DNA of 51,143 nt from a virus (taxonomy: Duplodnaviria > Caudoviricetes), in the IMG/VR virus record IMGVR_UViG_3300014656_000038, positions 1 through 51,143 of that record. One strand, 5' to 3'. Below the pieces are notes generated by a model, which had not been told where the DNA came from, did no database searches, and saw only the letters and a program-made list of their open reading frames with translations. Positions 8,850-18,152 of this stretch are shown piece by piece (within the stretch, counting starts at the first letter, position 1; each line of letters opens with the position of its first letter). The translations under genes and the position numbers were made by a program.

Positions 8850-10160
8850 ATGAAAGACCCTAGAATAAGTGTCAGAATATCACAAGATGAACATGAACAG
8901 TTAAAAGTATTGGTTGCAAAGCGAAGAACCAACATTAATCAATTTTTAACTGATTATATTAGAAACGAAATAAAGAAGGGTGAATTAAACAGGACAAAAT
9001 CAAAAATTGAGGGAGCAAAAGTGCTCTCTTTATTTGCCAACATTGGAGTCGCCGAAGCATTTTTTGAAGATATAGGTATTGATGTTGTTCTTGCTAATGA
9101 AATTGTTGAAAGAAGAGCAAAACTCTATCAAGAAATATATCCAAAAACTGAAATGAAGATTGGAGATATTACGAGTACTGCTATTCAAGAGTACTTAATT
9201 GCGCGTAGTAATGAACTAGGTGTTAATGTCATTATGGCTACTCCTCCATGCCAAGGAATGAGTACTGCTGGACGACAAGAAAAAGATGATGAACGAAATG
9301 ACTTAATTGTTCCAGTAGTTAAACTTATAAAAGAAATTAGTCCTAAATACGCATTTATAGAAAATGTTCCTTTACTATTTCAAACATCAATCAACTACAA
9401 AGATGAAGAAATTAACATTATAGAATTTATTCAAAAAGAATTAGGTAGAAAATATCGAGTTAACACTTATAAAATTGACACTAAGGATTATGGGGTCCCT
9501 CAAACAAGAGAAAGAGCAATCATACTTTTAAGTAGATCTGATGTTCCATATGAATGGGTTGTACCACCTAAAGAGGACAAAATTGTCACGATGCGAGATG
9601 CCATAGGAAATCTTCCTCCTTTAGATCCTCACATAAAGGATATAAGTCATGATGAGTTAATTAAGTTATTTCCAAATTATGAAGAACGAGCAAAAGCAGC
9701 ACATAAGATATCGAAATGGCATTTCCCACCAACTCATGTTAGAAGGCAAGTAGAGGTAATGATGCATACTGCTACAGGAAAAACGGCATTTGATAATAAA
9801 CCTGAATATAAACCACAGAAAGACAACGGAGAGTTTGTAAAAGGTTTTAAGAACACATACAAGAGACAAGAGTGGGATATTCCAGCTTACACCGTAACAA
9901 TGGACAATCGAAAAATCTCATCTCAGAATAACGTACACCCTGGAAGACCTATAGGAACTACACAGAGTGGAGCTATAATTTATAGTGATGCTAGAGCATT
10001 AACAGTTTACGAATTGATGTTAGTCAGTAGTATACCAAACGAATGGCCACTTCCAGAAAATACACCTGCAGCTTTCTTAAGATCTGTAATTGGGGAAGGT
10101 ATTCCACCTTTGTTTACTAGAAGAGTTTTTGAACAATTAAGAGGTGCAATATGGGAGTAA
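8850..10160 (+). CDS. C5 methyltransferase M1 with N-terminal ribbon-helix-helix domain (LlaJI-type RM)
   Basis: RISVRISQDEHEQLK RHH; LFANIG, PPCQG, ENV, PQTRER, IGEGIPP. Confidence 0.9.
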   Translation: MKDPRISVRISQDEHEQLKVLVAKRRTNINQFLTDYIRNEIKKGELNRTKSKIEGAKVLSLFANIGVAEAFFEDIGIDVVLANEIVERRAKLYQEIYPKTEMKIGDITSTAIQEYLIARSNELGVNVIMATPPCQGMSTAGRQEKDDERNDLIVPVVKLIKEISPKYAFIENVPLLFQTSINYKDEEINIIEFIQKELGRKYRVNTYKIDTKDYGVPQTRERAIILLSRSDVPYEWVVPPKEDKIVTMRDAIGNLPPLDPHIKDISHDELIKLFPNYEERAKAAHKISKWHFPPTHVRRQVEVMMHTATGKTAFDNKPEYKPQKDNGEFVKGFKNTYKRQEWDIPAYTVTMDNRKISSQNNVHPGRPIGTTQSGAIIYSDARALTVYELMLVSSIPNEWPLPENTPAAFLRSVIGEGIPPLFTRRVFEQLRGAIWE

Positions 10161-11302
10161 TCAAGGGTTTATCCTTGTTTGCAAATGTAGGTATCGCTGA
10201 AGCATATTTTGAGGAAATCGGTATAGATATATTAGTTGCTAATGAATTGAACCAACAACGAGCTGACTTGTACAGACACTTATATCCTAAAACTGAAATG
10301 ATTTGTGGCGATATAACTAATGATACAACTCGACAATTAATTATAGAAAAAGCATTAAAAAATGGAGTAGACTTTGTCATTGCAACTCCTCCATGCCAGG
10401 GAATGAGTGAAGCTGGAAACAGAGATCCTGATGATGTAAGAAATCAACTAATTTATTATGCAATTGATGTAATTAAAGCAGTAAAACCTGATTACATACT
10501 TCTTGAAAATGTTCCTAAAAACCTAATAACTTATATAAAAGTAAATGGAGAAAAAATTTTAATTCCAGATTATATAAAAAACGAATTACAATTGGAGTAT
10601 AATTTTAATAAAGACTCGTTAATAATGGCAAAGGATCATGGTGTACCACAGTTACGAGAAAGGAATATTTTCTTGCTTGTAAGAAAAACTTTGAATATAA
10701 ATTGGGAATTCCCAAAAAAGGAACCAGAGGTCACACTTGAAGATGTTATTGGAGATCTCCCATCATTAGATCCACTTTTGCGTGAAGGGTTAGAATTAAC
10801 TCTTAAAATATTTCCTGATTTTATTTTAAAGAGAGAACTTGGACTTAAGGTATCTAAATGGCATAAACCTCCAAAGCATTCGTTAAAACAAGTTGAATGG
10901 ATGATGCATACTCCGACTGGTAAGTCAGCCACATTTAACGAATATTACTACCCCAAAAAAGATAATGGAAAAAGAGTTATTGCACATCATAACCATTATC
11001 GCAGAATGAATTGGAATAAACCTTCACGAACAATCACACAAAACAACGGTGTAATATCCTCATTAGCATGCGTTCATCCTGGTAGGCTTTATACCGAAAA
11101 TGAAGTTTCACTATATTCGGATCCAAGAGTATTAACGTTGCATGAAATCTTTATAGTAATGTCTTTGCCTGAAAATTGGAATATTCCCGAAGATTCCAAT
11201 GAAACATTTATCAGAAAAGTTATAGGTGAGGGAATACCACCTTTAATGGTAAAAAAAATTATGTTGGAACTAATAAATAAATTTCCAACCAAGGAGCGAT
11301 AA
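10151..11302 (+). CDS. C5 methyltransferase M2 (LlaJI-type RM)
   Basis: LFANVG, PPCQG, ENV, PQLRER, IGEGIPP; paralog of M1. Confidence 0.92.
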   Translation: MGVIKGLSLFANVGIAEAYFEEIGIDILVANELNQQRADLYRHLYPKTEMICGDITNDTTRQLIIEKALKNGVDFVIATPPCQGMSEAGNRDPDDVRNQLIYYAIDVIKAVKPDYILLENVPKNLITYIKVNGEKILIPDYIKNELQLEYNFNKDSLIMAKDHGVPQLRERNIFLLVRKTLNINWEFPKKEPEVTLEDVIGDLPSLDPLLREGLELTLKIFPDFILKRELGLKVSKWHKPPKHSLKQVEWMMHTPTGKSATFNEYYYPKKDNGKRVIAHHNHYRRMNWNKPSRTITQNNGVISSLACVHPGRLYTENEVSLYSDPRVLTLHEIFIVMSLPENWNIPEDSNETFIRKVIGEGIPPLMVKKIMLELINKFPTKER

Positions 11303-11304
11303 AA

Positions 11305-12990
11305 ATGGGGAAAATAGTAATGCCAAAAAATAGTGCAGTTTTATCAGAAATACATGCAGTCCTTCAAATATATAATGAAACAAATGACTGGATGACAAAT
11401 GATGTGTATGTTACAAAACTAAAAGAACTAATTGGGCCTGATCAATATTCTTCATCTTATACAAAAAAGGCACAAATAACTTCATATTTTGGATTCACTA
11501 TTTGGGAAGATATTAGTAATCCTCAATCAAGAAGAAAAATAACTGAAAGCGGAATAAGATTCTATAATGCCATTAGAAACGATAATTATTTGGAAATTCA
11601 AGAAGAAATAATGAATTCTCTTGAAAAAACAAATTTTGGCAGAAACAATTATGGATCACCACTTAGTAATTCAGATATTGAACCACCATGTTTATTTATA
11701 AGAGCTATTTTTGATTTAGACTACTTAACATATAAGGAGTTTGCTTTTATTTTATGGCAAATTGAAGATGTTGGAGCAAACTATTCTGATGTAATAGAAC
11801 AAGTAAAACAGTTAAGACATTCAGATTCATTTGTTCTAGATCCAGTTGCAACTAAATATACTGACGCAAAACCGATTATGATTCTAATTAGATGGGGATT
11901 TTTAAAAGAAGACAGTTCTTTAGCTGAGCAATCTAAAAAGATAATTATCAACGAAGAAGTACTTTCTAGATTCGAAAATAGACTTCGTAATTTGGTAATA
12001 TATAATATCGACAAAGATATTTCATTAAGACCGAGAGTTAACAATTTAAGTGCTAGACAATTGCACGAAAATGAAGAAACAGAAGAAGCCGTTGCAGAAT
12101 CCATTGTAACAGGGGCAGAAAACGTGATCTATTACGGAAACCCAGGATGTGGCAAAAGCTACAAAGTGAGTACTCTGTTTAGTGAAGTTAATTTTCATGT
12201 TGAAAGAACTACTTTTCATCCGGAGTTTAGCAACAGTGATTTTGTTGGACAGATAATACCAAAATTGGTTGGGGATAGAATTACATATACATTTGTACCT
12301 GGAGTTTTTGCTAGAATATTAAAGTATTCTATAACTAACCCAAGTAAGAAATGTGCTTTAATTATAGAAGAAATTAATCGTGGAAATGCTTCTGCAATAT
12401 TTGGAGATATATTTCAACTGCTTGATAGAGATTTGCTAGGTAAGAGTATATATAAGGTGAAAAACCCTATGCTAGAGCAGTATATAGGCTACAGTAGTAT
12501 TGAGATTCCATCAAACTTGTGGATAATTGCTACAATGAATACTAGTGACCAAAATGTTTTCACACTGGATACAGCTTTTAAAAGAAGATGGCAAATGGTA
12601 AAAATCAAAAATGAGTTTGATTTATCAGATCCATATACTGTCTCACTAGCAAATAGTTATGTTCCAGGGACACAGGTTAAATGGATGACATTTGTTAAAA
12701 AAGTTAATGAGAGTATTGTGTTGAATAACCCTATAGGTATTAATAGCGAAGATAAGCAAATTGGGATTTATTTCATTTCAAAGGAAATACTTACTCTAGC
12801 TGCTAATGAATTGAATGTATTAAAAATCAAACTATTCTCAGAAAAAGTATTAATGTATTTTTGGGATGATATTGCAAAGATCGATTCATCAATTTGGTTT
12901 GATGATAGTATTAGAACTCTAGATGATTTGTTAATGGGATTTGAAGTATATAAATTAGATGTTTTTAAGAACATCGATTTTTCGGTTTGA
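11305..12990 (+). CDS. McrB-like AAA+ NTPase restriction subunit (R1)
   Basis: Walker A GNPGCGKS, Walker B IIEEINR, TMNTSD McrB signature, AFKRRW. Confidence 0.9.
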   Translation: MGKIVMPKNSAVLSEIHAVLQIYNETNDWMTNDVYVTKLKELIGPDQYSSSYTKKAQITSYFGFTIWEDISNPQSRRKITESGIRFYNAIRNDNYLEIQEEIMNSLEKTNFGRNNYGSPLSNSDIEPPCLFIRAIFDLDYLTYKEFAFILWQIEDVGANYSDVIEQVKQLRHSDSFVLDPVATKYTDAKPIMILIRWGFLKEDSSLAEQSKKIIINEEVLSRFENRLRNLVIYNIDKDISLRPRVNNLSARQLHENEETEEAVAESIVTGAENVIYYGNPGCGKSYKVSTLFSEVNFHVERTTFHPEFSNSDFVGQIIPKLVGDRITYTFVPGVFARILKYSITNPSKKCALIIEEINRGNASAIFGDIFQLLDRDLLGKSIYKVKNPMLEQYIGYSSIEIPSNLWIIATMNTSDQNVFTLDTAFKRRWQMVKIKNEFDLSDPYTVSLANSYVPGTQVKWMTFVKKVNESIVLNNPIGINSEDKQIGIYFISKEILTLAANELNVLKIKLFSEKVLMYFWDDIAKIDSSIWFDDSIRTLDDLLMGFEVYKLDVFKNIDFSV

Positions 12991-12991
12991 T

Positions 12992-14197
12992 ATGGAACTG
13001 AAGAGTCTATGTAAAAACGCTGATAAAGGTAATTCTTTTGTAGGTATAAGCTATAGCGATAGTAAACCTTCAATATTTTTTCCTATGTCATACAACATAC
13101 CAGAAACGAATCAAGAGTGTCAAAAATCAATCTTTTCTTTATTTCGGACTATCTACATTTCTAACAAGTACAATTTATCTTCGAATTATCTGTATGATAG
13201 TCAAGATTTGAGAAACCAATTGCCAATTTATTCATATCTATGGATGCTAAATGATTATTTGAACAATGGGCTATACTCTAACAAAGATACAGAGTACAAG
13301 GTGAATGGATCAGGAAAAATAAACTGGAAGAAAACTATAAGGTCAGAACCTTATTTCAATGATAATCAAGCTATATTCTTAAAAACTATTACTCAAAGAC
13401 AAATTGATAAAAACGATATAATCACAAAAATACATATCAAGTGCCTGAATATTGCATATCAAACTATAGGCTTTATCTATGGAAATATCAATATTCCAAT
13501 TGATGATTTTAACTATGCAAATGACTATCTTTTGTCAATTTTGATTAAAGAACAATACAAAACATTCGTAGACAGAAAAAAACATCTAATCTCAGAAATG
13601 ATAAACATTTTAAAAGAATCGTCTTCTGAGATGGGACACAACAAAATTAAAAGTTTTGGAACATATAATTTTGAAGCAGTTTGGGAAGTGATAATTTCTA
13701 AATTGTTTGGAAATGAACCTGAAATTAGTAAGTTCTACCCAAGTTCGTTCTATATATTTGAAGAATCCACTGGTTATCAAAGAATGCAAAATTCAAAACT
13801 GCGCCCAGATACAGTTTTAAATTTTAATGATAAGCACTTTATACTAGATGCTAAGTATTACTCTTTCGAGTTGTATAACAATTTACCAAACAGTAGTGAT
13901 ATTCAAAAACAAATTACTTATTCAGATTTTATGAATACAATATTAAGTGATGGAGTAGATATATATAATGCATTTGTTTTACCTTATAACTCAAAAACAA
14001 GCAAACTGGGACCAAAAGAGATTAGATATATTGGATATGGTGAAACTGAGTGGCGCAATATGACTAATAAAACACATGATAAAGTTTCACTCATTCTACT
14101 CGATGTTCATTTTGCACTTGAAGCATTTTCAAAACATCAAACAAAACTGAAACTCGATTTATTAACTGATGAAATAAAAAAATCTACCAACCATTGA
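12992..14197 (+). CDS. McrC-like LlaJI-family restriction endonuclease (R2)
   Basis: GKINWKKT, FEAVWE, LRPD...LDAKYY, DIQKQITY. Confidence 0.88.
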   Translation: MELKSLCKNADKGNSFVGISYSDSKPSIFFPMSYNIPETNQECQKSIFSLFRTIYISNKYNLSSNYLYDSQDLRNQLPIYSYLWMLNDYLNNGLYSNKDTEYKVNGSGKINWKKTIRSEPYFNDNQAIFLKTITQRQIDKNDIITKIHIKCLNIAYQTIGFIYGNINIPIDDFNYANDYLLSILIKEQYKTFVDRKKHLISEMINILKESSSEMGHNKIKSFGTYNFEAVWEVIISKLFGNEPEISKFYPSSFYIFEESTGYQRMQNSKLRPDTVLNFNDKHFILDAKYYSFELYNNLPNSSDIQKQITYSDFMNTILSDGVDIYNAFVLPYNSKTSKLGPKEIRYIGYGETEWRNMTNKTHDKVSLILLDVHFALEAFSKHQTKLKLDLLTDEIKKSTNH

Positions 14198-14247
14198 CAC
14201 TTAAACTGACTTTCGTGCATTTATTGTTTTTTTGTCTGATAATAGGT

Positions 14248-14361
14248 GTGAACGGCAACACCAACATACCTTTCATAGGACAAAGCATACCTATTATATA
14301 CCCTTTATAGGACAAAATAGGGTATTGCCAATAACATGGCAAAAACCACAGTGAACGGCAA
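14248..14361. repeat. res-like site B
   Basis: GTGAACGGCAAC..ACATACCTTTCATAGGACAA..TATACCCTTTATAGGACAAAA; extra GTGAACGGCAA at 14351. Confidence 0.75.
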
Positions 14362-14388
14362 TAAAAAATACTAGATAATTGGTGTAAG

Positions 14389-14820
14389 ATGAAAGAGAAA
14401 ATAGCGAGATTTGGTGTTGATTATGCATCAAAAAAACTAGGATTATCAGATATAGAGGTCCATTTCAAGCCACAATCATTCTTTAAACATAATGATATCA
14501 ATGCAACATTTCTTCATGAAGGATACTACATTGTATTTAGTAGTGACTGGATAGAAAATGCAGATGAACTTGAAATCCTTAAGTGCAGTTTCCATGAAAC
14601 TAGACATGCATATCAAAGAGCTTGTATCGACTTCCCAAAACTCATCTATCACGATCCAAAGATTGTTGCTATTTGGGCTAAGGAGTTTGATAACTATAAA
14701 AGACCTGAGCATAATGATTATCTAAATCAAGAAATTGAAAAGGATGCAATAGCATTTAGCAATAAGCTGATTAACTATATAATTAATGAGACTAATGGAG
14801 GGTTGGGAAATGCCATTTAA
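14389..14820 (+). CDS. Small HExxH zinc metallopeptidase-like protein
   Basis: FHETRHAYQ and downstream EIEKDA. Confidence 0.7.
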   Translation: MKEKIARFGVDYASKKLGLSDIEVHFKPQSFFKHNDINATFLHEGYYIVFSSDWIENADELEILKCSFHETRHAYQRACIDFPKLIYHDPKIVAIWAKEFDNYKRPEHNDYLNQEIEKDAIAFSNKLINYIINETNGGLGNAI

Positions 14821-15082
14821 GAGTAATTCTATGGCAATAGAGGAACGAGTTGAGCAACTTGAATCCGAATTAGAGCCAAAGATAGTCAAAGAAATCTGTA
14901 AAGAATTAAAACTGAGTTCAGAACATGAGAAAATGACACTTCATGAAATCCATTACGCTTTAGGTAACCATTTAGGCTTCATCCATATTATCGAGAGAAT
15001 GAAAAAACGAATTTTAAGACGTGATTATGGGATTAGATGGAAAAGTCCTTCTGAATTAAATCCGGATTTTTTCTATGACTAA
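14810..15082 (+). CDS. Hypothetical protein
   Basis: GGAGG RBS, overlaps upstream stop. Confidence 0.65.
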   Translation: MPFKSNSMAIEERVEQLESELEPKIVKEICKELKLSSEHEKMTLHEIHYALGNHLGFIHIIERMKKRILRRDYGIRWKSPSELNPDFFYD

Positions 15083-15099
15083 AAGTGGAGATAAAAATA

Positions 15100-15600
15100 G
15101 TGAAAGCAAAAATTAAAGAACCCGGTTTATTTGGCAAAACTAAATATTTGATAAATGGTGATGAGATTAAAGAAGCACGTTCATTTGGTAAAACACTTTT
15201 TGTCATCCATGGAAATGAAGTAAAGGAAGCTAGACCTTTTGGTAAAACACTTTATGTCATTGATGGAAAGACAATTAAAGAGCCTAAAGCATTTGGAAAG
15301 ACACTTTACATTGTTGATGGAAACCGAATTAAAGAACCAGGGATGTTTGGTAAAACTGTATATATACTTGAAATTGAAAAAAATAGAAAAGAATCTGATT
15401 TGAATGAGCCAAATAAAAGCGTAAAAAGTAAAACTGGAACAGGAAAACCTACATTATCAAAAAGTGAAGAAAAAGCAGCTTATGACAAATGGTTAGCTAA
15501 TTCAACTGAAGAAGAAAGAAAAGTTGAAGCAGACAGACTTATTGCTGAAATCAAACAGGGTCTCAGTGACTACGAAAAAAAGATGAAAAAAAGAAAATAA
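15100..15600 (+). CDS. Hypothetical protein with five 18-aa beta-hairpin-like repeats
   Basis: IKExxxFGKTLYxIxG repeated five times; GGAG RBS before GTG 15100. Confidence 0.75.
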   Translation: MKAKIKEPGLFGKTKYLINGDEIKEARSFGKTLFVIHGNEVKEARPFGKTLYVIDGKTIKEPKAFGKTLYIVDGNRIKEPGMFGKTVYILEIEKNRKESDLNEPNKSVKSKTGTGKPTLSKSEEKAAYDKWLANSTEEERKVEADRLIAEIKQGLSDYEKKMKKRK

Positions 15601-15747
15601 AAATATAAAATGGTGGTGCTTGTTATTGCTTAATTGCATGGGTACAGGTTAAATGGAGCTTATATGCTTACAGCCACTCAAACTATTTTTTTATACAACA
15701 ATGACTTACATGGAAAATAAAACAAAACGAAAGTTCAGGTATCCTAA

Positions 15748-17499
15748 ATGGCATTCCAAACTCCTCTTACAATCAAAGAAGTAATTGACAAGATTCACAA
15801 ACATGAGTATTTATTGCCGTCCATTCAAAGAGAATTTGTTTGGAGACCAGATCAAGTAATTAATCTTTTTGACTCACTGCTTAAAGAGTATCCGATTAAT
15901 TCATTTCTTTTTTGGAAAGTCCAAAGAAATAATGTCAAAGAGTATATTTTTTATGAATTCATGCGAACATATAATCAACTAAACAATAACTTAACAAAAA
16001 AAGCTGATGTGAGTGGAGAAAGAGAAATAACTGCAATTCTTGATGGTCAACAAAGACTAACCTCACTTTATATTGCATTAAAAGGTTCTTATGCTACGAG
16101 AAAAAAATACGGCAAAAAAGGTGAACTACAGTCATATCCGGATAAGAAACTCTTTCTTAACTTGTTGAGACCACTTGATGAGGATAATGAAAACTATGAG
16201 TTAAGTTTTCTAGAAGAGAAAGAAGCTAATACAACTAATAAAGGCAATAAATCATTACCTACTGCGAAATTTTGGTTTCCTATATCAAAAATATTAGATT
16301 TATTTGAACATGATGATGTCCAACAATATATAAATGACAACTTGAATTTTATAACTGACAATGATGTTCGAAAGTTTGCTAGTAAAACTCTATTTAGACT
16401 TCATAAAGTGATATTCACATCACCACTAGTGAGTTATTTTTTGGAGGAAGATGCTGAATTGGAGAAAGTACTAAGCATCTTTATTAGGGTTAATAGCGGT
16501 GGAACTCCATTAAACCCCTCAGATTTGCTATTTAGTTTTGCTAACTCACATTGGACAGATATAAATTTCAAAGACTCCGTGAACTCTTTAGTAGGTGAGC
16601 TAAACAGTATAGGAATGCGATTCTATATTGACAAGGCTTTTGTGATGAAGTCAATTCTATATTTGTCAGACTCAAGTGATATTTCAGCGAAAGTAGACAA
16701 TTTCACTGCAACAAATATGCAAAAATTCAAGGATAACTGGGATCAAATTATCGTTGCTCTTAGAAAAACATTTAAATTAGTTTCATCACTGGGATTTAAT
16801 GGAAGCAACTTAAGAGCAAATAACATTTTCCATCCAATTGCATATTATCTTTTTAAGAATCCAAATAAGAACATTGAAACTGGACTTGAACTAGCAAATG
16901 ATAGGAACAACATCAGAAAATGGATTGTGTTAACGTCTTTAAAGCGTTTCTTTAGTTTTGCACCTGATGGAGCACTTAGACCAATTAGAGAACTAATTAG
17001 ACACAATACAACACACACTTTTCCTATTGATAGTATCGTGGATAAGTTTAAAGGTGGAAATAGAAGTCTTAGTTTTTCAAATGATGACATTGATAAGTTG
17101 TTGACTCAAAAGAAAGATGATCCAACAACTTTTGTTGTTCTTTCTATCTTATACCCCAATCTAAATTACAAGGATAGTTTTCACATTGACCATATGTATC
17201 CTAAGGCAAAAATGAAATCAGCAAATCTCTCTGCGAACATGATTGATGTGAACCTACATTTCGATTACCTAGTAAAATCCGACCAACTTCCTAACTTGCA
17301 ACTGCTAGAAGGTTCTATTAATCAAGAAAAAAGCGATATGGATTTTTCTGTGTACTGTACACTGATTAATGACTTTCCTGGCTATTCACAAAAGCACTAT
17401 ATTCCGAAGTTAAATTTATATGGTTATGTTGAGTTCTTAGATTTTTATGAACAAAGAAAAACCTTGTTAAAGGACAAACTATTGCTATTGTTATCATAA
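15748..17499 (+). CDS. GmrSD-like (DUF262 + HNH-like) modification-dependent restriction nuclease
   Basis: LPSIQREFVW, LDGQQRLTS, FIRVNSGGTPL, HIDHMYP, NLQLLEGSINQEK. Confidence 0.88.
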   Translation: MAFQTPLTIKEVIDKIHKHEYLLPSIQREFVWRPDQVINLFDSLLKEYPINSFLFWKVQRNNVKEYIFYEFMRTYNQLNNNLTKKADVSGEREITAILDGQQRLTSLYIALKGSYATRKKYGKKGELQSYPDKKLFLNLLRPLDEDNENYELSFLEEKEANTTNKGNKSLPTAKFWFPISKILDLFEHDDVQQYINDNLNFITDNDVRKFASKTLFRLHKVIFTSPLVSYFLEEDAELEKVLSIFIRVNSGGTPLNPSDLLFSFANSHWTDINFKDSVNSLVGELNSIGMRFYIDKAFVMKSILYLSDSSDISAKVDNFTATNMQKFKDNWDQIIVALRKTFKLVSSLGFNGSNLRANNIFHPIAYYLFKNPNKNIETGLELANDRNNIRKWIVLTSLKRFFSFAPDGALRPIRELIRHNTTHTFPIDSIVDKFKGGNRSLSFSNDDIDKLLTQKKDDPTTFVVLSILYPNLNYKDSFHIDHMYPKAKMKSANLSANMIDVNLHFDYLVKSDQLPNLQLLEGSINQEKSDMDFSVYCTLINDFPGYSQKHYIPKLNLYGYVEFLDFYEQRKTLLKDKLLLLLS

Positions 17500-17504
17500 A
17501 ATAT

Positions 17505-17553
17505 ACAAGTCTTCAGTTTGACCCCCAAAAAAATCAATTATAAAAGATAAAAT
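17505..17553 (+). promoter_or_regulatory. Phage-specific promoter motif copy 2
   Basis: ACAAGTCTTCAGTTTGACCCCCAAAA...GATAAAAT. Confidence 0.75.
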
Positions 17554-17555
17554 AG

Positions 17556-17588
17556 ACCACGAAAGGAAACTGTCGTGGTTTTTTCTTT
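17556..17588 (+). terminator. Intrinsic terminator for GmrSD-like gene, overlapping predicted late transcription start
   Basis: ACCACGA...TCGTGGT stem followed by T-run. Confidence 0.6.
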
Positions 17589-17675
17589 ATGGATACTGGT
17601 AACCATACCTAGGGATTTAATCCTTGCGAGAATTCGTAGTGTTCAACTTCCAATAAGGAGGCTAACACCAGTCAT

Positions 17676-18152
17676 ATGAAAAATATATATCATGAATGGA
17701 AGGACAAAAACGAGTTAAAAAGCAAACTTGATTTGATTAAAAAATTATCAAGTACAGGGGCTAATGAAGATATGATAGCAATTGCACTTGGAATCAGTAA
17801 GCGAACATTTCAATCCCTTAAAAATAAGCATTCAGACATGAAAGATGCTTACGAAGAAGGTAAAGAACGTTTTAAAGGAATGCTGATGGATGCCATTGTA
17901 AAACGTGCAGTTGGATTCAAATCAACAGATGAAGACCAATACATTGAAGAAACAGCACGTGGCACAAAGAAAAGAATTATTAAGCACATTAAAGATGTAC
18001 CTCCAGATATAGGAGCAGCCAAATACTTGCTAACTATTCATTTTGGTAGAGAGTACAGTGACAAGAAGCTTGAGCTGGAATTAGCAGAAAAGAAAATGGA
18101 GAAACTAAGTGAGGAATGGATCAATGGAGATCATCTACAAGAAATTAAGTGA
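17676..18152 (+). CDS. HTH protein, terminase-small-subunit-like or late regulator
   Basis: EDMIAIALGISKRTF HTH; KRAVG...KDVPPDIGAAKYLL motif typical of TerS-like proteins. Confidence 0.65.
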   Translation: MKNIYHEWKDKNELKSKLDLIKKLSSTGANEDMIAIALGISKRTFQSLKNKHSDMKDAYEEGKERFKGMLMDAIVKRAVGFKSTDEDQYIEETARGTKKRIIKHIKDVPPDIGAAKYLLTIHFGREYSDKKLELELAEKKMEKLSEEWINGDHLQEIK

